Shown one piece after another: positions 37,951 through 64,000 of a stretch of 64,000 bases of DNA. Below the pieces are notes generated by a model. That model was not told where the DNA came from, did no database searches, and saw nothing but the letters and a program-made list of their open reading frames with translations. The stretch is from positions 3,267,098 to 3,331,097 of the forward strand of contig CAVNZM010000011.1 of assembly GCA_963693365.1 (NCBI GenBank), read 5' to 3'. The stretch is from Amoebidium appalachense. Its lineage: Eukaryota > Protista > Ichthyosporea. The translations under genes and the position numbers were made by a program. Position 1 is the first letter of the stretch. Each line of letters opens with the position of its first letter.

Positions 37951-39085
37951 TCGGCCGTGGAAACCGGGATGTGACCCCCTCACAACCACAGTACACACAT
38001 ATGCATGAAAGTTATGCGTATTGGAAACGGGGTTGGAGGCTAGATAATTCTTAACTATTTAAATTTGGTACCAAGACAATAAAACATAAGCCTAATAGGA
38101 GCTTCCATCATGCTACGTTCACACGGTGAGCCGCGCGACTCACGGCGGGACTGGGAGCTGATAAGGAAGACGTCTGATCTTATGACAGGACCGGGAATCC
38201 GGAGGACCGGAATCGGGATCTACCTCTTCAACGTGATTCATTTATGTTTTTCACTGAGCAAATAATGAAAAATAATACTGTGTATCGAATACTCTGAAAA
38301 TTATTGTTTGTGGTTGTCAGTAACCCATTAGGTTTACCTAGAAAACCCGGCCCTTTACGATGTTTGTTGGTGTGCTTATGTCCCATAAATTTTTCGCAAT
38401 TCACGACCGTTATTTTGTAGCCCTGCGAATCCACCAATCAAAAAAGCGCCTTTTTGCATCAAAGCGCGCCATTTACAAAGCGCATTCATTTCTTTGTTGT
38501 TCTTTTTTCGTGGGTGGGGTGTGTGGTTTTCGATATACGCGGGCAAGGGACAGAAATGCGAGCCACTATATGCACGTGGGCATGCATAATTTGTCCCTAA
38601 TTGCATATTATTTCGATAAGAACGTTAGCATGCACTCTTTATTGACACACACGTAAAAAGGGCGGGTGACACACCACAACTTCAAAGAGCCTGATGTGAC
38701 TGCATGTCCACAAACGTACACGTTTCCCTCGCAGGTTTGACAGTTTACATGCGCATTTTCTACCACGCACACTTGATTTAGTGGCCCGAAAACGCAAACT
38801 TGCTGACTCCCTTTGTCATTTAAGCACCGTGGGAGCAAAACATTTTCGAAGACACAATCACCACATACACTTCGAGATTCTGATCGAACACTGCGAGACA
38901 TGTACACTGTACAGTAGGGAAGTCAGGTACAAACTTAACACCTGTAGGTACGTAGGGATGTGAATGTTTTTCTGTTCCTGTTTCACCTCTCTTACCATTA
39001 GAAACGTAGACTAATGATGCCAACTTTTGGCTGTGCATATGCCACTCTACGCATGCGTGGCTTTGCAGGTAGTGAGTAGGCAATA

Positions 39086-40855
39086 ATGTGCTGCCGGTTT
39101 TTCCATTTTAGAAAATTCAGCTTCGGACAGAGGGATAAGTCTCGAAGGGAAGGTGGGGACCTCTCACCAGCGTCGCAAAAGCGAGTGAAGAAGAGTGGGT
39201 CACTTCTTAGTTCCATTGTTTTTCGTTCCTTCAAAACACGTAAAACGGACGACAATATTCTTTTCGAAAACCACATATCAACGAAATTCCCGGGAAAGAA
39301 AGAGACATTTTCGTTTGTACCAGTTGTAGCCAGCCCCCTCCCACCGGACACAGCCATAGAACACAACGGAATAGTTTTTGAGTTTGCACCCGAAAACACA
39401 CCAGCAGAGCCCATAAACACACACAACCAGGCACACACACACACCGAAAACAACCAAGGGGACGAAAATAGCACTGGGACAGAAATGGAATACTACAGTG
39501 CGTGCGATGTTGATTGCCATGACAACGGCGCGGTTGAACCAGAAAATGTGTACCCGACCCCTACACCTACACCTGGGCCTGCCAGCGGTGAGCGCCCTTT
39601 TACGTATACATGTGCAAATACCCAGCGTCCTTTAAGCAGTGGCAGGCAGTGTTCTACTGACTGCAGCAGCACCAGCTCCACCAGTTTGGCCGATGTAGTT
39701 AAAGGAACCTACGGACACTTGGGGCTTAGCAATTACGAAATCGGGGAGGAGATCGGCGTGGGTTGCTTTGCGCACGTTTATCTCGCCACGGACATACGCA
39801 CGGGAATGCGCGTTGCGTTAAAGGCCGTCGACAAAACACGTGCTGATAAGGACAAGCTATATTTGGAAGTGGAGGCGTTAAAGAAAGCGCAGACACACCC
39901 CAACGTCATTAAGCTGTACGACGTTTTCGAAGACGAAACACACCTTTATTTGTCGACGGAATATTGCCCGAACGGAAACTTGCACCAATATCTTATCAAG
40001 CACGGGCCATTGGGCGAGGAGCACGCTAAGAGATGGATCGCCCAATTGGCACTGGCGGTTAAACACTGCCACGACCACGGCGTCATAAATCGCGATATTA
40101 AAAATGCAAACATTTTCATTTCCGGGAGCATGAATTTGAAGTTGGGGGATTTTGGTCTGGCCGCCATTGTGAAGGATGCAAACTCCGATCGTTTGAAATC
40201 GGCTACCGGATCGGCAGTTTTCGCCGCGCCAGAGGTTTATTCGGCACACCGATCGGGGGGTTACTATCCTATCCCGTCCGAAATTTGGGGTATTGGTGCC
40301 GTCTTGCACTCGATGCTTACCCTCCGGCTCCCTTTCGACGTCGACAGATACCAGGAGCAGTGGGGACTCTATGTCCCCCCCATGCGCGTCTCCAACTCAT
40401 GCAGCCGTCTTTTGCGGCGAATTTTCCAGTTGGACCCCCACGTACGGCCATCACTGAACGAATTCCTCCTCTCCGAGTGGGTGGCGCCGGCGACCGAAAG
40501 AATCCGTCAGATATATACAACATTCTACGGCCCGTCCAGGCCCAATTCCCACCACACCTCGCAGATTTTCGAGCCGATTACACCCGATTCGAATTCGCAG
40601 TCCGGTTGCAGACCGCCATATTTGGCAAGTGTGCACCAGATCAACGCATCCGGGGCATTCACTCGCTCGAATAGCACGTCTCCCACCCACAGTGGGCGGA
40701 ATTCCGTGGACAATTCTGGAAAGTTCACGGTATTGCGGCGGAAGAGTAAGGTGGCGACTGCCAATGGGACGCCAGCACGGCGTACCAGTGCTCACATGGA
40801 CATGGCCAGGCCCTACCCGGCAACCAGTTCACAGGGCGTTGCTATGGCGTCCTAA
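39086..40855 (+). CDS. Ser/Thr protein kinase, CAMK group-like, single coding exon (589 aa ORF, start uncertain)
   Basis: IGVGCFAHV, VALK, HPNVIKLYDVFE, INRDIKNANI, LKLGDFGLA, GSAVFAAPE, EIWGIG, with low-complexity N- and C-terminal extensions. Confidence 0.92.
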   Translation: MCCRFFHFRKFSFGQRDKSRREGGDLSPASQKRVKKSGSLLSSIVFRSFKTRKTDDNILFENHISTKFPGKKETFSFVPVVASPLPPDTAIEHNGIVFEFAPENTPAEPINTHNQAHTHTENNQGDENSTGTEMEYYSACDVDCHDNGAVEPENVYPTPTPTPGPASGERPFTYTCANTQRPLSSGRQCSTDCSSTSSTSLADVVKGTYGHLGLSNYEIGEEIGVGCFAHVYLATDIRTGMRVALKAVDKTRADKDKLYLEVEALKKAQTHPNVIKLYDVFEDETHLYLSTEYCPNGNLHQYLIKHGPLGEEHAKRWIAQLALAVKHCHDHGVINRDIKNANIFISGSMNLKLGDFGLAAIVKDANSDRLKSATGSAVFAAPEVYSAHRSGGYYPIPSEIWGIGAVLHSMLTLRLPFDVDRYQEQWGLYVPPMRVSNSCSRLLRRIFQLDPHVRPSLNEFLLSEWVAPATERIRQIYTTFYGPSRPNSHHTSQIFEPITPDSNSQSGCRPPYLASVHQINASGAFTRSNSTSPTHSGRNSVDNSGKFTVLRRKSKVATANGTPARRTSAHMDMARPYPATSSQGVAMAS

Positions 40856-40954
40856 TATGGAAGGTTATACGTGCTATGGTTGTATGCTTTGTTCGCATTG
40901 ATTGGTTAGGGTTTGCAAGGTCTAGAATTTGATAGTACGGGGTGGTGGTGGTGG

Positions 40955-40994
<40 letters not shown>

Positions 40995-41769
40995 GTGTGT
41001 GTGGTGTGTGTGTGTGTGCGAGGGGAGGGGGGAGGGGCGGGACTATGGGGACATAGATAGCTTAGGTTGTGTCCGTGTTCGGGGGGGGGGGGGGGGGGGA
41101 AGGGGGGGGAGGGGGGGGGTTAGGTCTTTTACTACGCCTAACGCAATAGTTTTAGATTAGCCTTATCATTTAGGCCTTTATGTATTCGTATATTTATTTT
41201 GTCTGTCTGTCTTTTACAATGCATGTGCGCTCATGCGCGTGTGCCCCACACCTACACCTGAGTTCTTTTCTAAGAGAAGACAGAAAAATTTCTGTACATA
41301 TTTATTTTGATTTTCTTGTACGATAAAATGGATATTTTTAATATCACCCCTGTAATAGGCGTGCTACTCTTTTTATGTTACATTTTAAACCTTCGACAAG
41401 CAGATTTACTTCTTAATTTCCCTTTTAAGTTTTTAAGTCAATGCCGGGCTGGACCCAGCACACAAAATGACGTTCGCAAAAGAGTACACTAACCATCGTA
41501 TCACCAGATATGTACATTTGTCGTCCCCCCCCCCCCCCTTCCCCCCGCACCACAAGGAGCATATTTGCAGACACATAAACAGACACACGGGCACATACAC
41601 ACCACCAATGACTAGTTTGTAGACCACACAGATCTAAGAATTATTTTTTAGCCCTATGTGTGTGTGTGTGTGTGTGTGGGTGGATGTTTGGGGGTGTTTG
41701 GGGGGGGGGGGGGGGGGGGGAAAGCCGAAAACACAATGCCGCACATTGCACCGAGGAAAACCGGTGCCT

Positions 41770-52927
<11,158 letters not shown>

Positions 52928-53712
52928 GTTGAATCTCAGTACTTTTGAGTGTATACGTACTAAGCTGTGGACACTGCCCATCGCCACGCCAATGGTTGAA
53001 CTCGTTGGCTAGTTCTCAGTGACCTCCCCCATCAGAGAGCTGTGAGGTACATTTCGGTATTACTCTGGCACATGGATTATACACCGTAATATATGCTTTC
53101 CTACGGCAATATGCCTGCCTGCTTACAAATTAAACACCCCCATGTCTGAGCTAAACGAGCTAAAACCTCAAAAACGACTTCTTGAAGTAGGCCTATATAT
53201 ATGTTGACAGTGCTACTCGTGAATGATTGGGCCAGTTGGTTCTGATGGCGGGAGATAAGCCCTAATATGGTTAACTTATCACCCTCCCAAAGTACTGTTT
53301 CAAAAACAAAAAACAAAAAAAAAAGTTGATTACAATAAAAATTGATAATAAACACAGCCAAAAAATTAATTTCTTACATGGTTCGTGATTACAATGAAGT
53401 TGTCCTACATACGTAGCTACGGTATGGGCTGTTGGGAAGGGAGGGGTACCCCGGCCAAGCGCATGTTCATTGGCCAAATATCACGAACGTAATCAACGAG
53501 CACCCCCAAGTTTTGCCACTCCACCAGCGGACACCAGCCGTTCCATAGAGGTGCCCACGGAGATTCGAAGCCATAACCTTGTAAAAAATGGTTCGTAAAA
53601 TATTTTATGTACTTCTTTATAGTATTTTTAAACTGCCAGCAGGTAACAAGAGAGCCCTTTGACTAGCAATGACTATGAAATTTGTGCACTCTGGGTAGGA
53701 CTACATAGGCGC

Positions 53713-54046
53713 CAGAGGTGTGGCAAGGGTTTTTGGGCCAGGCCGGGCCGGACAGCTCGACCCGCCAATGTTTCGAGCCAAGAACAGGCCGGACCGGGCT
53801 TAAGGTCATACCATATTTGGAAGGTGTTTGCGCAAAATGTTTGCGCAAAATCCCTTGGAAGACTTGCCGGGGTCCATACCCACAACACAATATGTGACGT
53901 CACTGATGCACTTGGGGCACGGAGAGGGGGGGGTGTGGCCCGAACTCCCTTGGCCCGGCCCAAACATATTTCAGGCCGGGTCGGGCAGACCGAACCGTAC
54001 ATTTTTTGGGCCAGAACAGGCCGGGCAGCCTGGCCCGCCACATCGG
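53713..54046. mobile_element. possible non-autonomous DNA transposon remnant with GGCCGGGC/GCCCGGCC repeats
   Basis: Many ggccggg/ggcccgg motifs in both orientations, a weak terminal match (gtgtggc ... gccacat) and a central tttgcgcaaa x2. No clear TSD. Confidence 0.35.
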
Positions 54047-54775
54047 CGGCGCACTGGCAGCAATTGGTCACTTTGTTTTTAAACAGCGGTGAAAGCAAAG
54101 ATTTACTATATCCTAATCAAAACATGATTCAGTGATTTAAAAAAACTAAAACACTTTAAATTATTGTTACAGTGGTTTAAGTTTTTGTTGCTGTATCATA
54201 ATCATGCACTGGAGCATACAGGCATCTGCGGTATGCAAGGGATGGATAAGTCGTTGGTGATACGCCAGCAGCTCACCAGTCGACTGTAGACACATTTCGT
54301 TTTCATACTTATTCGTTGGGCCCCATGTTTCTCCTTTGTACTTTCAGTAGCATACTATAGTCTCTGATGCAAGTATAGAATTTGGTCATGTGCTATGAAG
54401 GTACATGATTTTTAATAGCTAAGTAATTTTTTTGCTCGATTCTGAGTCAAAATTTCCAGGAATCTCCTCACCAGCGTGTGTTGCAGGTTTTGAGACTTTG
54501 CAGCGAAAACTTCAGCTGTTTAGCTTCACAACAAAATCTATTTGAGTTTCACTAGGCATGTCCCGAATAGGCGTGGTTTTTCTCTTACAATCATTGGCGT
54601 GGCTTTTTACTTCTCGCACCCCTTTGCAAGTGTAGTCAAATAGGGGCCAGTTTTCGTGTTTTACAAAAACGAACAGACGTCTCAGCAAACGGAACGCGTT
54701 CTAGGCACCCTTCAGCGGGGAAAAGCACACAAAGGCACAAACGCGCTTATTTCTCATTTGCCCTCGTGCAGCATA

Positions 54776-55588
54776 ATGGGTGAAGTTCTTCAACTAGGGG
54801 CCGAAGTGCCCGACTATTTAAACACCTCCAAACTTTTACGCGTGCCTACAAAGGAAGAAATCATGACGGAAATGTTAGCAATCACACAAACAGGTGGGCC
54901 CGTCACTCCATCCAACAAGAGCCAGTCTAGTTCTGCATCTATTGATCTTTCACAGCTCGCCGACCAAATGAATCTATCTACGGCAAACCCGGAGGCGTTA
55001 GCGAGGTTTCTAAGCCAGATGACCGAGGGAACTGGGGAGCAACGGGTGGTTCTACTGGAAAAGAAAAACCAGGGAGATAGATTTGGGCTAACGATAACTA
55101 AAGTCGGCCATTGTGTTTTTGCAATTTCCATTCGTGCCGGGTTTTTGGCGGACGTGGGAGGCATTCGGTTCGGGGACCAGATCCTTGCCATAAATGGACA
55201 TGCGGTGGATCTTTTAGACGTTAAGGCGGTCACTGACATCTTTAACGAAGCAAACTCTGCACAACTGCTCATACGAACACAGCCTCACGTCATCACCTGT
55301 ACTGTCCGTCCATCTTTAAAAGGATCACATTTGGGCGTCACTCTTGTGCATGGGGCTGTCGTTAAGATATCCCGAAAAAGTGCTCTTTATTTGGCGGGGG
55401 TTCTGCCTGGATATGTCGTAATTTCAGTCAGCAACAGAAATGCTGTGGGATTGAGGAGCAAGGTGATACTCGAAATGATAAAGAAACATGCCGGGTCGTT
55501 CTTCACGGTGCAGGTGATGCCCTTGACCACTTTTACGCAGATGACCTCTACGGTCGATCTGCAACTAGTTGCACAGGAAATGTACTAG
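54776..55588 (+). CDS. syntenin-like tandem-PDZ protein, single coding exon, 270 aa
   Basis: PDZ1 (RFGLTI...GIRFGDQILAING) is joined via IRTQP to PDZ2 (GSHLGV...VISVSNRNAVGL...TVQVMP..F), matching the syntenin arrangement. The ATG at 54776 follows an acceptor-like ctcgtgcag. Confidence 0.8.
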   Translation: MGEVLQLGAEVPDYLNTSKLLRVPTKEEIMTEMLAITQTGGPVTPSNKSQSSSASIDLSQLADQMNLSTANPEALARFLSQMTEGTGEQRVVLLEKKNQGDRFGLTITKVGHCVFAISIRAGFLADVGGIRFGDQILAINGHAVDLLDVKAVTDIFNEANSAQLLIRTQPHVITCTVRPSLKGSHLGVTLVHGAVVKISRKSALYLAGVLPGYVVISVSNRNAVGLRSKVILEMIKKHAGSFFTVQVMPLTTFTQMTSTVDLQLVAQEMY

Positions 55589-56212
55589 TTGCACAGAACA
55601 TGTACTAGTTGCACGTCTTAAAGACGTTCGAGGTGCGGTGAACAAAGGCTCCGAGCAGGAAATGCTCCTGCACGGAGCATGTATATAGTCTGGATAAGGT
55701 TGTGCAAAGCACACACGAGAAAGTATGCAGGATTCAAACCGGATATGAACAAAAAATGTGCATCATGAACGGGTTCGTGTTGGATGACATGGCCACAGCG
55801 GTGTGGTTTTCAGTGTGGGGTGTGCTTCTTTGTGGTTCATTTTTTTTTTTTTTTTTTTTTAGGTGGGGTTTGCATCAGTCAGCGTAGGATGTATGGCCAA
55901 TCAGCCCCATGCCTTTTGATGGGGATAGGTGTACTTCAGCATTCAACTTTTAAGACAAAAGGTGGCACGGCCTTAATATATTTTGGATATGATTGGGATA
56001 TATTTGCATGAACGTGATATGCCTTCGCGCATGGCCTAATATCTAACAGTGGCGATAAGGCCTACACCAATAGAAGTAGTTGTACAAATATGGTAACCTA
56101 ATTACCACCCAGTGAATGTGAAATTTTGATTGCTCTGCGGCAGGTACCGTGTTGAGCCCGAGTTATATTTCTGTGCCGTAAATCCCCCCCCCCCCCCCCC
56201 CCCCCTTCCCCC

Positions 56213-56279
<67 letters not shown>

Positions 56280-56311
56280 GCACGGGCACGGGCACGGCGA
56301 TCACACACATT

Positions 56312-56355
<44 letters not shown>

Positions 56356-56369
56356 TGTGTGTGCTTTGC

Positions 56370-56835
56370 GTTTCTTCGTATGTTGTCCGTCGTGAATCTG
56401 CACTTCGTACACTGCCGCCCATGCTTACCCCCCCCTCCAGGATCGATGAGCTCTGCTCATTATGCATACTCATTGTGCGTGCATTGCACTCTGCATTGTT
56501 TTGTCCGTTATAAATGTGTGCACTTTACTCTGTAACGCATTCGAACCCCCCCCCCCCGAAGGGCACACATGTACACACACACCTGCGGCACCTCATTCCC
56601 TGCACACGCACATGAGCTCCCCCCACCGGCCTTGCCTCTGTCACTGTAAGCACATCCCCCCGTTCGACTGTGATTTACTCACATTTAAGCGGCCCCGCTG
56701 TACTCCACCCCAGTCTTTCCCTTTTTTTTCATTCGTGCTGCCCAGTCATTCTTCACTGGTTCTGTTTGCACAGTTAATGTATGCTGTATAGGTGAATTTT
56801 CGACATTATGTCGTGCGTTACGTACACAATCCCCT
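56370..56835 (+). mobile_element. cluster of old diverged fragments of the poly-C-associated element
   Basis: 56440-56545 gctctgctcattatgcatactc...aacgcattcgaacccc matches the 3' part. 56620-56690 ccttgcct..taagca..gtgatttactcacatttaag resembles the 5' part. Confidence 0.6.
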
Positions 56836-56930
56836 CCCAAACCCCAAACCCCCCCCCCCCTTCCCCTTCCACCCTCCCTTCCCCTGCGCCCTTCCCCCCC
56901 CCCCCCCCCCCGAAGTTCCCCCCCCCCCCA

Positions 56931-57131
56931 CCTACTCATGTTCAAGTGAAACAGTATCTGAGTTGGGTTTCGTTAACGAGGGGAATAGGTCGAAACTCGG
57001 GTACTGTGGATGACGTGGGCCCCCCTGAGGATGGGCTCTGCTTATTATGCATACTCTTTATGTATGGCTTGCATTCTGCATCGTGTTATCCGTTTGTTCT
57101 TGTGTACTTCGTACTTTTTGACGCATTCAAA
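56931..57131 (+). mobile_element. poly-C-associated dispersed element, 5'-truncated, with apparent target duplication
   Basis: cctactcatgttcaagtgaaac...gacgcattcaaa, with (C)n-gaagtt-(C)n on both sides. Confidence 0.88.
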
Positions 57132-57164
57132 CCCCCCCCCCCCCCCGAAGTTCCCCCCCGAAGT

Positions 57165-57251
<87 letters not shown>

Positions 57252-57263
57252 ACCACCACCAAA

Positions 57264-57699
57264 AGAGTCAACTTGCTCCGAGCAGAATGTTTCTGCAACA
57301 AGCAAGATTTTTTTGCAAAACATAATTATTCTGCTAAAAACCAGAATTACTACTCGAGATCTGCGTTACAGCAGAATCATTCTTCTAAAAACAGAACCAT
57401 TCTGCTAAAAGCAGTATGTATACCGCTTCATTTTAAAGCAGAATTATTCTGCTTGGAGCAGGTTTATTCTGCTGCCACGTGCACGGGCAGAATAACTGCT
57501 CTTTGCGGAATAATTCTGCAAAAAGCAGAATAACTCTGCTAAAATACTTACGGCCACATGAATGAGAAGATGCATAATCCTGATTTTGCAGCATAGTCCT
57601 GCTGTTGCAGAACAGCATAATCCTGCTGTTGCAGAATAATCAATCTCGCTTTAGATTTTTTCAGAATACTTCTGCTCAGAGCTCGAGCAGGTTGACTCT
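57264..57699. mobile_element. foldback/MITE-like element with 15-bp TIRs and many internal GCAGAATnATTCTGC palindromes
   Basis: agagtcaacttgctc (57264-57278) matches the reverse complement of 57685-57699, agagtcaacctgctc, with one mismatch. The interior is built from gcagaat/attctgc units. Confidence 0.65.
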
Positions 57700-57950
57700 G
57701 CCGAGTCGGATGTCGTATGGCCCTCCCTCGAAGTCGCCCTAACCGGTTCACGTGCCCAACCGTTACCACCCAACTTCCACCCACCAATGCCATGACACCA
57801 TCGTGGCACCACTTGCACCGGCCGGGGTTTGATGAAAACCACCACTGCACGTGCACCGTAAAACTGCCCCGGCCCTGTTTGCTCCTGAATACAGCCCTCT
57901 GAGACTCTTCGATTTCCATGAACCCTCCCGACTTCCTTTACCCCCTTGTT

Positions 57951-57981
<31 letters not shown>

Positions 57982-58450
57982 TTCTGGTGGGCCACCTCCC
58001 CACCCATGGTACAAACGACGCGGTCCAGAGGCCTCATGATCACGGTGCACAAACAGGCTGGTAGATCTGTCACCCACGTGCACCCCTTTTCCCTAACCCT
58101 CTACCACACATATGTGTGACATTCACGTGTTTAAATGATTTCAAACACACGGAACGGTCGACCCCCTGCAAGCACAAGCAGTTAAACAGAACAGCCAATT
58201 GCGATACCTGAAAATAAACCAAAAAAAGTAGGCAACTGGAAGAGTGGCCATGACGGATACCTGACGCATCCACAAAATCATTTTGTATTTTCGTCCAAAC
58301 ACTTTCTAAATTCCTGCCTGCCAACTAAGTCTAGATCTGTAGGCCAGTGTGCCGTAACTGCAGCTTCTACTTATTGCCAATGGCATGTACATAAATTGAT
58401 GGGTGCTTCTCTAGTAGTTTATCCCATGTAATGTGTTGTTTACGTATACT

Positions 58451-58493
<43 letters not shown>

Positions 58494-58980
58494 AAAAAAA
58501 TAAAAAAATAAAAAAATAAAAAAATTAAAAACTGAGCACACGCCCACACCCACACACACACGCGCGCAAGAATCACACACACACATCACAGTTCCCGTCA
58601 TAAAATGCCATGTCACACCCTAGATCATACATCTCAGAAACTAACCGTATGCGTATGCACTAGTACACTAACAAATGCAAATTGGTCCAAACACACAAAC
58701 ATTTAGGGATACACGGTGCTAATTGCTAAATATGTAACGTGCCACCCAACGAGTCCTTCAAAACCACCTATATACCACCAACTCCGAGTTAGTAAAAAAC
58801 CACCCCGCCAATAATTACTAGTCCTAACAAGGTCTGGAAGCAATCTCAAAAACTTCTATTCTAATTTCACACCAGTCTTCTAGCCTAAAACGTGTCTTAC
58901 AACTCATATACACGACATCTAACTACATGAAACAAAACATTTCAGGTATTGGACGTTCTTCACGACTTTCGTTACCCTCT

Positions 58981-59024
<44 letters not shown>

Positions 59025-59168
59025 AAGAAAGAAACCAAACGATCGAAAAGTAAGATCATAAAAAAAATAGAATTGAATTTCAGAAGGGGCAGCTTTTTGT
59101 AAAGCATCCAATACACACAATATCAACCACGGTACTAACTATCGTTGAATTGTCACATCTGACGTTAT

Positions 59169-64000
<4,832 letters not shown>

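Overview
Intron-rich eukaryotic genomic DNA, probably from a unicellular holozoan such as an ichthyosporean (inferred from a syntenin-like gene, BLOC1S5 and a UBZ+PBZ SNM1A sitting beside a prokaryote-type M32 peptidase). Almost all ORFs in the supplied track are artefacts of (CA)n/(GT)n and poly-C/poly-G tracts. Hand-splicing gives seven genes: long-chain acyl-CoA synthetase (+, 20 exons), M32 carboxypeptidase with a mitochondrial-type presequence (-, 7 exons, one GC-AG intron), BLOC-1 subunit 5 (+, 5 exons), an intronless CAMK-type kinase (+), SNM1A/DCLRE1A (-, 12 exons), a tandem-PDZ syntenin-like protein (+), and the 3' part of an ATP9/NEO1 P4-ATPase (-). Three unexplained structures stand out. 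(1) A ~253-bp dispersed element has a fixed 3' end and variable 5' truncation, ends in a poly-C run in every copy and is always sense to host genes. (2) A 215-bp TIR element with a 6-bp TSD displays a copy of its own empty target site in a hairpin loop. (3) Introns follow a repeat-based pattern in which poly-C follows many donors and (CA)n runs straight into many acceptor AGs with no polypyrimidine tract. Coordinates were counted by hand, and homopolymer lengths may reflect sequencing error.
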